DNA of 35,472 bases from Candidatus Woesearchaeota archaeon (GTDB lineage Archaea > Nanobdellota > Nanobdellia > Woesearchaeales > CAZJJJ01). The DNA is taken from the NCBI GenBank assembly GCA_046538795.1, contig JBKHIF010000005.1:1-35472 (forward strand), in the 5' to 3' direction. The notes below the pieces were generated by a model, which was given only the letters and a program-made list of their open reading frames with translations, was not told where the DNA came from and ran no database searches. The translations under genes and the position numbers were made by a program. Numbering within the stretch: position 1 is the first letter of the stretch; every line of letters starts with the position of its first letter. Positions 1 to 8,023 of this stretch are shown piece by piece.

Positions 1-29
1 CGAATTTTGAAATTAGAAAATCACGTCAG

Positions 30-79
30 CTGCGAAAGCCGTAATACCCCACACTGAAGTGTGGGATAGGCTTGAGCAG
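30..79. repeat. Imperfect stem-loop resembling an IS200/IS605-family terminal palindrome
   Basis: CCCACAC-TGAA-GTGTGGG (48-65) nested in AAGCC/GGCTT (36-40/69-73) and CTGC/GCAG (30-33/76-79); GC-rich island in AT-rich DNA. No transposase in the window. Confidence 0.45.
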
Positions 80-93
80 TAATTTTCTTTATT

Positions 94-294
94 TTAGCTT
101 TTTGTTTCTATCTTAGAACTTTCCACAGCACGCCTGTAATATGTTTCTGGAATAGGATTCCATATAAGACCTATTATTATTCCGATAGCTATGACAAGAG
201 CTAAAAACAAAATATACAGCTTAGGATAAAGAAGTATTGTTTCGATCAAATTCATGTTTTTTGGAATGTTCTTCTGACTTAAATATTTTTTCAA
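94..294 (-). CDS. Small single-pass membrane protein, hypothetical (start uncertain, may be the internal Met of MNLIET)
   Basis: 66-aa ORF with one clear hydrophobic helix LYILFLALVIAIGIIIGLIW; no competing ORF. Confidence 0.55.
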   Translation of the reverse strand: MKKYLSQKNIPKNMNLIETILLYPKLYILFLALVIAIGIIIGLIWNPIPETYYRRAVESSKIETKS

Positions 295-378
295 ATGACT
301 TTTTTGTCACACACCACTATATTTAATCATAAATATGTTTTTTAATCTATATATCTTATTAGTTACCAGGTGAAACAA

Positions 379-1302
379 ATGTCACAGTACTTTAACTCAG
401 GTTATGGTGCAGTAAGTTATGCTCCGGCTGGATCTTATTTTTCTTCCAGGGGTTCCTCTGCTTCTTATGGCATCGGTAAACCTTATTCAGGAAGTAATTC
501 AGGAGAATATTCTTCAGTTTCATACAAGCCTTCTTCATATTCTCTTTATGATTCGATATCTGCATCTATGATCATGGATTCGATAAAAGAGCAATCTTCA
601 AAAAAAGAAACTTTGGATGAAAATCCATATGGTGCAAACTCAGATTATAGTTCAAAATACAATACTAATCCTAAAAGTCCTAAAGAGCATTTTAGTATGT
701 TTCTTAGTGAAGACAGAAGAAATGTTCCTTTTGTTAATGATTTTTCAGAAATAAGAGAATTTGCGAAAGATGCTTTTGAAAAGACAACCAGCCAAATTCT
801 TCCTGATGATATTGAGATATATGTCCTTCCTTATGATGAATTCAAAAAAGCTCACATGTTTTATTCTGGAAGATGGAGCGAGGGAATAGCAGGCTTTTCT
901 ATAAATAAGCATAATGATTTCATATCTGTGCCTGGAACTGTTTTTGTAAAGCAAGATGATCTTGACAAGGTCATGATAGTATTAGGCCATGAGCTTGGGC
1001 ACATAATGACTCAGTCTCTTGATAATCCCCAAGATGAAGAAGCAAAGGCCTTTGCTTTTGAATATGCCTGGATAAAGGCGATTCATGAGAATAACATAGC
1101 TAACCTTTCATTTAACATAAAAAAAGATCTTCCTGCAAGAAACAATCTTCATGATGTTGCTTATGGTTTTGTTGTCTCTTTGATAAGAGCAGGTGAAGAT
1201 GCGCTTTCATTGTTTAGAGGGCTTGTGGCAGGAGAAAGATCAGTTGCTTCATATTCGATAGAAGAAAAGATAAACGCAATAATTGCTGTTGGAGGTGGAT
1301 AA
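379..1302 (+). CDS. HExxH zinc metallopeptidase-like protein (IrrE/ImmA-like motif spacing) with Ser/Gly/Tyr low-complexity N-terminus
   Basis: HELGH followed by EEAKAFAFE; GGTGA RBS at 369-373 before ATG 379. Confidence 0.7.
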   Translation: MSQYFNSGYGAVSYAPAGSYFSSRGSSASYGIGKPYSGSNSGEYSSVSYKPSSYSLYDSISASMIMDSIKEQSSKKETLDENPYGANSDYSSKYNTNPKSPKEHFSMFLSEDRRNVPFVNDFSEIREFAKDAFEKTTSQILPDDIEIYVLPYDEFKKAHMFYSGRWSEGIAGFSINKHNDFISVPGTVFVKQDDLDKVMIVLGHELGHIMTQSLDNPQDEEAKAFAFEYAWIKAIHENNIANLSFNIKKDLPARNNLHDVAYGFVVSLIRAGEDALSLFRGLVAGERSVASYSIEEKINAIIAVGGG

Positions 1303-1304
1303 GA

Positions 1305-1673
1305 ATGGCAGCAAGTTATGGAAGTAAAGGAGCACCATCAGGAGGTGCAAAAGGAAATTATTCGATAGGGAGTCTTACCATGGGGGGATATAATCCTGCT
1401 GTTGTAGGGCTTTTGGCAAAATATATAGATGATATAGTACGAGATTATGTTGAGATGGCAATAACTTCTTTGGCAGTTACAGGAGGAATGCCTGGGCTTG
1501 AAGAATACAACCCTAGCGCATCAGGCGGGAAAAGCTCATATGGAAAACCAGGAGATTACAGCAGTTCATCAAAACCATCTGGATCATATGACGGCGGATC
1601 AAAAATAAAATCAATAGATTCTATGCTAACACCTTCTTCAAATTACTCTGGCATTGAAAAAAAGGTCGCATAG
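1305..1673 (+). CDS. Ser/Gly/Tyr-rich low-complexity hypothetical protein
   Basis: GGAGGTGG RBS in the end of the upstream gene, 2-nt gap; central helical segment flanked by S/G/Y-rich arms. Confidence 0.75.
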   Translation: MAASYGSKGAPSGGAKGNYSIGSLTMGGYNPAVVGLLAKYIDDIVRDYVEMAITSLAVTGGMPGLEEYNPSASGGKSSYGKPGDYSSSSKPSGSYDGGSKIKSIDSMLTPSSNYSGIEKKVA

Positions 1674-1739
1674 GATTTTTTTTAATTTTTGATTATTGCA
1701 ATAGGAATCTTTAAATATTACGTTTGTTCTATATCTTCT

Positions 1740-2144
1740 ATGAAATTTAAAATTGTGTTTGCTTTGTTTTTATTGTTGATCGTAGCTTTAGGATGCGACC
1801 AGGTTTCTGATAATTATGTAGATGTTTCTTCAGGCGTTATTAGAACATTTCCTGATGAGGTTTCAGCAGGCGAGATATTTACTGTCACTCTTGATATAAG
1901 GCTTACTGAAGAGCAGACATATTATCTTTTGGAGGACATGATACCTAATGGTTTTTCACTTGTAGATTCTGATAAGAATAAAGTTAAGCTTATAGAGATC
2001 CAGAATGCAGAAAGCACAATTGAAGAATATTCTGTCACAGCTCCTGAAGAGCCAGGAACATATTCTTTTTCAGGCGAATATGCTGTAGAGGGAATGGCTG
2101 ATCCTGAAGCTATAATGGGCAAAACAAGCATTGTTGTCAATTAA
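1740..2144 (+). CDS. Putative lipoprotein with an Ig-like beta-sandwich domain
   Basis: MKFKIVFALFLLLIVALG-CDQ lipobox-type signal; GEIFTVTL...YSVTAPEEPGTYSFSG pattern. Start moved to ATG 1740. Confidence 0.75.
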   Translation: MKFKIVFALFLLLIVALGCDQVSDNYVDVSSGVIRTFPDEVSAGEIFTVTLDIRLTEEQTYYLLEDMIPNGFSLVDSDKNKVKLIEIQNAESTIEEYSVTAPEEPGTYSFSGEYAVEGMADPEAIMGKTSIVVN

Positions 2145-2208
2145 GATTCTTTATTTCTTGTTTTAGCGTCGAAACATTTATATCTATTCTATAATTTTTC
2201 AGCAGGAT

Positions 2209-2937
2209 ATGAAGAAGAAAGACGTAGGCTCTCTTAAGAAATATGATCTTCATGTGCATACAGGGCACAAATCCTGCAGGAAAGATCTGCTTAAGAGAAT
2301 TCTTTTTGAAGCAAAAAAGAAAAAACTTGACGGAATCGCAATAACTGATTATGATAAGATAAAAGAGGCAGTCAAACTCAAGAAGCTTAATTACAGCCTT
2401 AATAAGAAGCAAAATGCAGATTTTGAGGTTATCATAGGCGAAGAGATACTTACTCCCTATGGTATTGTGCTTGGATTTAATCTAAATAAAAAAATATCTT
2501 CTGGAAGGTTCCACGATGTTTTAGATGAGATAAAGTCTCAGGGAGGTTTTGCTTCGATCGCACATCCTTTTGACAGTACAAGGATTCCTTATTCTCTTAA
2601 AAAGTTTTCAACACATATAGAGACATTTAATGCAAGATCTTTCATATATCATAACAGGAAAGCAAAACATACTGCAATTCATCAAAAGATAGCACAGACT
2701 GGAGGGAGCGATTCTCATCATGTCTCAGAAATAGGGTCAGGTTATACGCTTTTTTCAGGTGATCTTACTAAAGCTCTTAAAAATAAAAAGACAATGACTT
2801 CAGGAATTGCAGTTAATTTTGTAAATTCAAGGCTTAGGTCTTTGTATAATAAGCTGAAAGGCAATATTTCTCTTGACAAGGAATTTTACAGCAATGAACT
2901 TGCAAAACTTGAAAAAAGGCTTTCAAAGAAAAGATGA
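2209..2937 (+). CDS. PHP-family metal-dependent phosphoesterase
   Basis: DLHVHT, GIAITD, GEEI, AHPF, ETFNAR and GGSDSH motifs. Confidence 0.9.
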   Translation: MKKKDVGSLKKYDLHVHTGHKSCRKDLLKRILFEAKKKKLDGIAITDYDKIKEAVKLKKLNYSLNKKQNADFEVIIGEEILTPYGIVLGFNLNKKISSGRFHDVLDEIKSQGGFASIAHPFDSTRIPYSLKKFSTHIETFNARSFIYHNRKAKHTAIHQKIAQTGGSDSHHVSEIGSGYTLFSGDLTKALKNKKTMTSGIAVNFVNSRLRSLYNKLKGNISLDKEFYSNELAKLEKRLSKKR

Positions 2938-3539
2938 TTAAGATGGATAGGTTTGATTTAGAGAAAAAAGATGTACTGAGGAAATTATCTTCGATAGATA
3001 AATCAAAAAAGGGTTCTGTTGATTCTGACATCTTGGATTTGATCAATCTGATCAATTCAAAAAAAGATTATTATACAACTTCTTCATGTTCAGGAAGGAT
3101 AATGCTTATCGATAAAGGTGCTGGAAGAAAAGATCTTTCAAAATGGCTTTTATCATCTCACTTTCCTATAGAAACAAAAGATTTTCTTGAAGTATTCTCA
3201 GATGATTATCTTTCTTCAGAAGAATTCAAAAAGGCAGAGGTTTGGTTCATGGAAGAACCTGCAATACTTCATGTCTGCGCAAGAGATATCGATTCTGCAA
3301 AAGTATTTCTTGAACTTGTACGAGAGATATCATTTAAACGAAGCGGTATAATCTCTATGTCAAGGCGTATAATAATCGAGATACTTGATACTGAGAAGAT
3401 GGAAACTTTGGTGACAAAAAAAGGAAAACTCTATGTTGATCCTGAATATGCTGACATCTTGGTAAAAGAAGCAAACAATAAGCTTAAGCGAACTAAAGAT
3501 AAGCTTAAGAGATTATACGATAAGATTTATTCAAAATGA
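2934..3539 (+). CDS. taw3: tRNA(Phe) wyosine-pathway methyltransferase Taw3/TYW3
   Basis: D-x-S-x-K-G-x-VD, YTTSSCSGRI and P-x-ILHV motifs; ATGA overlap with the upstream gene. Confidence 0.92.
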   Translation: MIKMDRFDLEKKDVLRKLSSIDKSKKGSVDSDILDLINLINSKKDYYTTSSCSGRIMLIDKGAGRKDLSKWLLSSHFPIETKDFLEVFSDDYLSSEEFKKAEVWFMEEPAILHVCARDIDSAKVFLELVREISFKRSGIISMSRRIIIEILDTEKMETLVTKKGKLYVDPEYADILVKEANNKLKRTKDKLKRLYDKIYSK

Positions 3540-3602
3540 CTTTTTTCTAAAATTATCTTAACAAGAATAAGGAAATAAAAAATAAAAAATCAAAGAAAAG
3601 AC

Positions 3603-5183
3603 TTAGTCTTTCCTAAGAAGCTTTACTCCAACACCGACGATCAATACGACCAGAAGTACGTTTGCAAGTATAAGAAGGCTTGTGTATAATGGTGAGCCTC
3701 TTAGACCTGTTACAATTCCTGTAACTGGTGGAGTTTCATCTTTTACATCTTCATCTTCTTCAGGTGCATCTTCATCATCTGTATCATCTGTTGGTGGGAA
3801 TACGTCAACAGGATCAGGGACAACTTCATCTTCATCGACAGGCGGGGTTGTAGTGTCATTATCTTCTTCATCGTCTTCATCTTCTTCAGGCTCACATCCT
3901 TCAAATACTAAAGGTATGTCTAATGTATCTGAAAGTATGTTGTTGTCGAAGTATGCATTGACAGATAGATAATATGTTCCTTCATCTGCATCTTCTGGAA
4001 CCCTGATAGTATATGTGCTTGAATACCTTGAATCATATCTATCGTCTTCTATAGTTATGAGTTCATCGATATCCCGATCCCATATGCTTATTCCAAGAGC
4101 AGCGTTCTCGATATTTATCGCAGCCCTGTCCTGGTCTCTTTCTCCTGTATTCTGGATCTCTATAAATACACGTGCGCTCCTGTCGTTGCATCTTACCATG
4201 CTTGGATTGATCGTAGCATCCTTGATCTCAATCTTGTTTCTTTCTCTTTCTATCTCAATCTCAAAGTCGAAATCTGCGATGGTCTGAAGATTACCGAATT
4301 CATCTTCTCCTTCCATATTATAGAGCAAGACTTCGTAATCGTTAGCCTCGATCTCTTCAGGAACGATGAATGAGAATCTTACTGAATCTCTTTCTTCTCC
4401 TCTTAGGCTGCGGATATCGTCATCTTCATCAAAATCATATCCGTCATCCATCTCGTTTGCAAGGATGTATATCATTATGTCTTCAATCTTGTCATCACTT
4501 ACCCTGTCATCTATCCTGTTAGATATAAATATTTCAACATCTACTTCATCTCCGGGCTTTATATTCTCGACAGTGTCTCCTCTGTCTCTTTCTCTAAGAT
4601 TTTCTTTTTCCTGTCCATTGACATATATGATTATCCTTTCAAGTTCTAGGAAAGGTTCATTCTCAAAGAAAACATCAATGTCGTTTTTGGTGAATGCTTC
4701 ATTACCTTCTTCGTTCTCGCCGCTCATGCTTAATGAGCCCATACTTACAGTGACATCTGGTCCTGAGATCAAATCTGGATAATCTACGTTTCCATTTACT
4801 CCAGGTATTGTCGCCTTAAGGTTTATCTGCACATCTTCTGATTCACCGACAAGAAGTTCATCGATAACTACAAATGATTTATTTTCATCGTTTTCGAACT
4901 CAACAACTGCATCATATCTGGAATTGATATCTTCTGCAGAAATCTTTATGTTGGTAAGGTTTTCAGTACCTGTATTGGTTATCGTGTATGTTATCGCTTT
5001 ACTTTCAACATCCATATCATCTTCCAGATTTCGTCTGTCAAGACGCTCGTCATTATTTCTTTCGCTATACATCCTGATACTTGCAGGTCCTGTAACTGAG
5101 ACTTCTACATCAGCATTTGCATTACCTGCTAGGATCGAAAGAATCATCAGCATAAAGACGCTGAATAAATAAATTTTCTTCAT
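3603..5183 (-). CDS. Acidic cell-surface (S-layer-like) protein with Ig/CARDB-like domains and C-terminal TM anchor
   Basis: Signal peptide ending ANA-D; repeated NTG motifs; D/E/P/T linker; C-terminal hydrophobic helix followed by RKD; GGTGGTGA RBS. Confidence 0.8.
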   Translation of the reverse strand: MKKIYLFSVFMLMILSILAGNANADVEVSVTGPASIRMYSERNNDERLDRRNLEDDMDVESKAITYTITNTGTENLTNIKISAEDINSRYDAVVEFENDENKSFVVIDELLVGESEDVQINLKATIPGVNGNVDYPDLISGPDVTVSMGSLSMSGENEEGNEAFTKNDIDVFFENEPFLELERIIIYVNGQEKENLRERDRGDTVENIKPGDEVDVEIFISNRIDDRVSDDKIEDIMIYILANEMDDGYDFDEDDDIRSLRGEERDSVRFSFIVPEEIEANDYEVLLYNMEGEDEFGNLQTIADFDFEIEIERERNKIEIKDATINPSMVRCNDRSARVFIEIQNTGERDQDRAAINIENAALGISIWDRDIDELITIEDDRYDSRYSSTYTIRVPEDADEGTYYLSVNAYFDNNILSDTLDIPLVFEGCEPEEDEDDEEDNDTTTPPVDEDEVVPDPVDVFPPTDDTDDEDAPEEDEDVKDETPPVTGIVTGLRGSPLYTSLLILANVLLVVLIVGVGVKLLRKD

Positions 5184-5289
5184 ATTAAATCACCACCATG
5201 TTCTATCTCATCTTATAAGTTATAAACGATTTAGAGTACTTAAAAGTAGTATTTAAAGGTTTCCCTTCAATTAGGAATTTACCGCATAA

Positions 5290-5303
5290 ATACAAAAATG
5301 TAT
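5290..5303. promoter_or_regulatory. Palindromic operator-like motif ATACA-AAAA-TGTAT, copy 1
   Basis: Identical 14-mer at 7904-7917; both copies are intergenic and upstream of minus-strand genes. Confidence 0.4.
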
Positions 5304-5360
5304 GGCGGTTTTATTAAAACCTATCAAAAAAATAGAAAAAATAAAGATCAAATATTAAAT

Positions 5361-6626
5361 CTATCCTGTTCCCCATTTTTCCAAAGCTTTGTCAAGTTCT
5401 CTGTGGGTTTTTGCATAATCTTTTATGTTCTTTTTTTTCATGACAGCGTCAACTGCCTGCCTTACTGCTGTTGCTCCTGCAGTAGTTCCGTCAGGATGAC
5501 CATGGACTCCGCCACCGCACTGTATGATTATGTTTTTACCCATGTTCTTCATTAGAGGTGGAATTATTCCTGGATGCATTCCTCCTGAACAGACTGCAAA
5601 TACTGGTTTTAGATGTTCCCAGTCTTGTTCAAGAACATGGCCTTTTGGCCTTATGAACGAATCTTCAATTTCGTGACCTATTTCTGAAACATCAGCTGCA
5701 GATCCTTCCATCTTTCCTACAGCAGTTCCTATGTGAAGCTGGTCTGTGCCTGCAAGCCTTGATAGTTTCGCAAGAGTAAGCATAGTCATTCCCATGTTTG
5801 GGTTTCTGGTTAGTGCTGCATGCATTGCCCTGTGTCCGTGTATGACTTGTTTGCAGTGTCTTCTTACGCTCTGAAGTCCTGAGAAACCTGCTGTTACAAT
5901 GTCTATCATGATGTATTCTCCACCATGATCCTTAACAAAATCAGCGCGCCTTATCATCTCTGCAGTTTCAGCAGTGATATTTGGCATGTAGACCTTTTTT
6001 TCTCCTGTTTCTGATTCAGCGCGGTCTCTCATGTCAAGAGTTCTTATGACGCGCTCTTCAAACCTGTTGAATGTCTGGTCAGTCAAGTTCTCATCATCTT
6101 TTACAATATCTAGCCCTCCTGCCCATGAGTTGTATGCAACGTTTGCATGCATTGAAGAACTAAGCCCCACCTTTGGTTTTACTATGGTTCCTGTAAGCGG
6201 CCTTTCTTTAACTTTCAGAAGTTTTCTTATTCCCTGTATGCCGTGTCTTGGACCTGGGAAGTGTTTTATCATCCTTTTTGGAAATGTGATATCAAGAAGA
6301 CGCAGGCTTTTTAATGCTTTCATGCCGTATATGTTTCCTGCTACAGAACTTAGTATCTGGGGAATAGAACCATCCTCAAAAAGTTCTCTGTTGTAAGCAA
6401 CTTTGATTGTGTTTGTTTTTTTGTCGATAGAATATACGTGAGGCTTTAGATTTTTTGCGATATCAGGAGACATGGTGCTTATGTCTGTCCATGTTCCTAT
6501 AGATGATTCTCCTGCAAGATGTTCGCAGGCTTTTTCCAATGTGATCTTGTTTGGTTCGATAAAATATTCGCAGACCATGTCGTCTTTCTTGTCAGGTCTG
6601 TAGCTCTTGTCAATATATTCAACCAT
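5361..6626 (-). CDS. rbcL: RuBisCO large subunit, archaeal form III-type
   Basis: KPKVG, GGLDIVKDDE, HGHRAMH, DQLHIGT-x-x-GKMEG, SGG and GGG motifs. GGTGA RBS places the start at ATG 6626. Confidence 0.97.
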   Translation of the reverse strand: MVEYIDKSYRPDKKDDMVCEYFIEPNKITLEKACEHLAGESSIGTWTDISTMSPDIAKNLKPHVYSIDKKTNTIKVAYNRELFEDGSIPQILSSVAGNIYGMKALKSLRLLDITFPKRMIKHFPGPRHGIQGIRKLLKVKERPLTGTIVKPKVGLSSSMHANVAYNSWAGGLDIVKDDENLTDQTFNRFEERVIRTLDMRDRAESETGEKKVYMPNITAETAEMIRRADFVKDHGGEYIMIDIVTAGFSGLQSVRRHCKQVIHGHRAMHAALTRNPNMGMTMLTLAKLSRLAGTDQLHIGTAVGKMEGSAADVSEIGHEIEDSFIRPKGHVLEQDWEHLKPVFAVCSGGMHPGIIPPLMKNMGKNIIIQCGGGVHGHPDGTTAGATAVRQAVDAVMKKKNIKDYAKTHRELDKALEKWGTG

Positions 6627-6708
6627 TTTTTTCACCGATATTGATTTTTGATTCGCTGGTTTATATAGATTTTGGAATGCCTGTTTTTTGATTATCTGAT
6701 AAAGAATT

Positions 6709-7776
6709 CTAGTAATTTATCTTCCTTCCGTCAAGCCTGATTTCCGGCTTGCTGAATACATGATCCAGGTGTATCTTGGACTTGACAGAACCGCCAAACC
6801 AGTAGTTGCTCCCTATAGCGACGTGAGCAGTACCAAGTACTTTCTCATCGATAAGAGTGCTTCCTACTGGTTTGGCCCTGTCATTCAACCCTATACCTAA
6901 TTCACCTATCCTCTTTAGTCCCCAGGTTGTGTTTGCTGTCTTAAAAGCCCAGTCAAGACTTTTTTGCAAGGCTCTTGCCTCGTAACCACCCCGGATGTAT
7001 TTTACATCTCCGTTCTCAACGTAAAGCGAAACAGGCTGGTTTACAGGGATTGTCCCGCTTATAGTCTTGATGCTTACATCAAGTACTACTTTTCCGAATG
7101 CCTGCCTGTTTCTTGGTGCAACATATACTTCTCCTGATGGAAGATTTCCTCCTGTGCCTGGTTCAAGATATATGCCGTCTGCTTTCTTTGATTCAATGTT
7201 GTCTATGTCTATGAATAGATCTGTGCCTTTCTTTGTAGTTACCTGAACCTCTTTTGCATTGTCCATCTTTTTCTTAAGCTTGTCATGTCTTTTGCTTAGT
7301 CTTTTGTAATCCACATCCAAAGTGTTCATCAGTTTTTTGTAATCAGAATTATAAATCCCTGCAAGGCTTGTGGATGAGATGAACCTGTGTCCCTGTTTCT
7401 TGCAGAATTTCCTGAAACTGTTTCCTAAGCCGTCAAGCTTTCCAAGACGGTGAGAAATATTCGTGAATATTACGCTTTTTTTTGGAAGTGCTTTAAGTGC
7501 ACGTATTATCTCTGTATCTGCCTGGCTCACCCTGTTTTTTGGTTTTTGCCAGACAACCTTGCTTTTTAATCCCTGATTCTGGGATGCAAGATAGTTCATG
7601 TAAGAAAGCATTGATGAGGCATTCCTGTTGCTAAAACCATGATCGCCTATTATGAGAAGGTTTTCTCCTGAGAGATTAAGGCATTCTCTGTATACTTTTT
7701 CATAGATCTTAGAATTCTTGTGGCAATGTTCAATAAGATTCTTTTTCGTAAGGTGTTTTTCAATCTTCTGGTGCAA
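6709..7776 (-). CDS. M29-family (thermophilic metalloprotease-like) aminopeptidase
   Basis: KGTDL, NLPSGEVY, GELGIGLN, DEKVLGTAHVAIGSN and HLD motifs; TTG start preceded by GAGGT. Confidence 0.85.
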   Translation of the reverse strand: MHQKIEKHLTKKNLIEHCHKNSKIYEKVYRECLNLSGENLLIIGDHGFSNRNASSMLSYMNYLASQNQGLKSKVVWQKPKNRVSQADTEIIRALKALPKKSVIFTNISHRLGKLDGLGNSFRKFCKKQGHRFISSTSLAGIYNSDYKKLMNTLDVDYKRLSKRHDKLKKKMDNAKEVQVTTKKGTDLFIDIDNIESKKADGIYLEPGTGGNLPSGEVYVAPRNRQAFGKVVLDVSIKTISGTIPVNQPVSLYVENGDVKYIRGGYEARALQKSLDWAFKTANTTWGLKRIGELGIGLNDRAKPVGSTLIDEKVLGTAHVAIGSNYWFGGSVKSKIHLDHVFSKPEIRLDGRKINY

Positions 7777-7903
7777 ATTATCTCGACCTCGGACAGGGGG
7801 TTAGGTATTTGGGTATAGGTATGACTATCAAAAGCATCAAATTCAGTATGTGTTATGCATAGTTGCATCTATCTTACCCCTTACTGCGCACCCGCAGTTT
7901 AGT

Positions 7904-7917
7904 ATACAAAAATGTAT
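7904..7917. promoter_or_regulatory. Palindromic operator-like motif ATACA-AAAA-TGTAT, copy 2
   Basis: Extends to TATACA-AAAA-TGTATA (7903-7918); lies just downstream of the minus-strand TATA box at 7939-7946. Confidence 0.4.
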
Positions 7918-7927
7918 ATTAATATAT

Positions 7928-8023
7928 TGAGTAACTCATATATAAATGTTTCGGAAATCGGTTTTTTTGTTCAGAGGAGACTAAACGAATGATTTAAATA
8001 GGTAAAATCATTTGAGTTACTCA
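7928..8023. promoter_or_regulatory. Divergent promoter pair, each TATA box followed by TGAGTTACTCA on its own strand
   Basis: TGAGTAACTCA at 7928-7938 next to the minus-strand TATA (TTTATATA, 7946-7939); plus-strand TATA TTTAAATA at 7993-8000, then TGAGTTACTCA at 8013-8023. Confidence 0.5.

Noticed and set aside
3682..5172. Ser-rich plus-strand ORFs (3682, 4015, 4366, 4924) and similar antisense ORFs throughout the window
   Set aside because: They are antisense shadows of Glu/Asp-rich genes (GAA/GAT codons read as Ser-rich text on the other strand) and have no RBS or family motifs.
5298..6396. Plus-strand ORFs 5298-5555 and 6031-6396
   Set aside because: They overlap the well-supported RuBisCO gene on the opposite strand.
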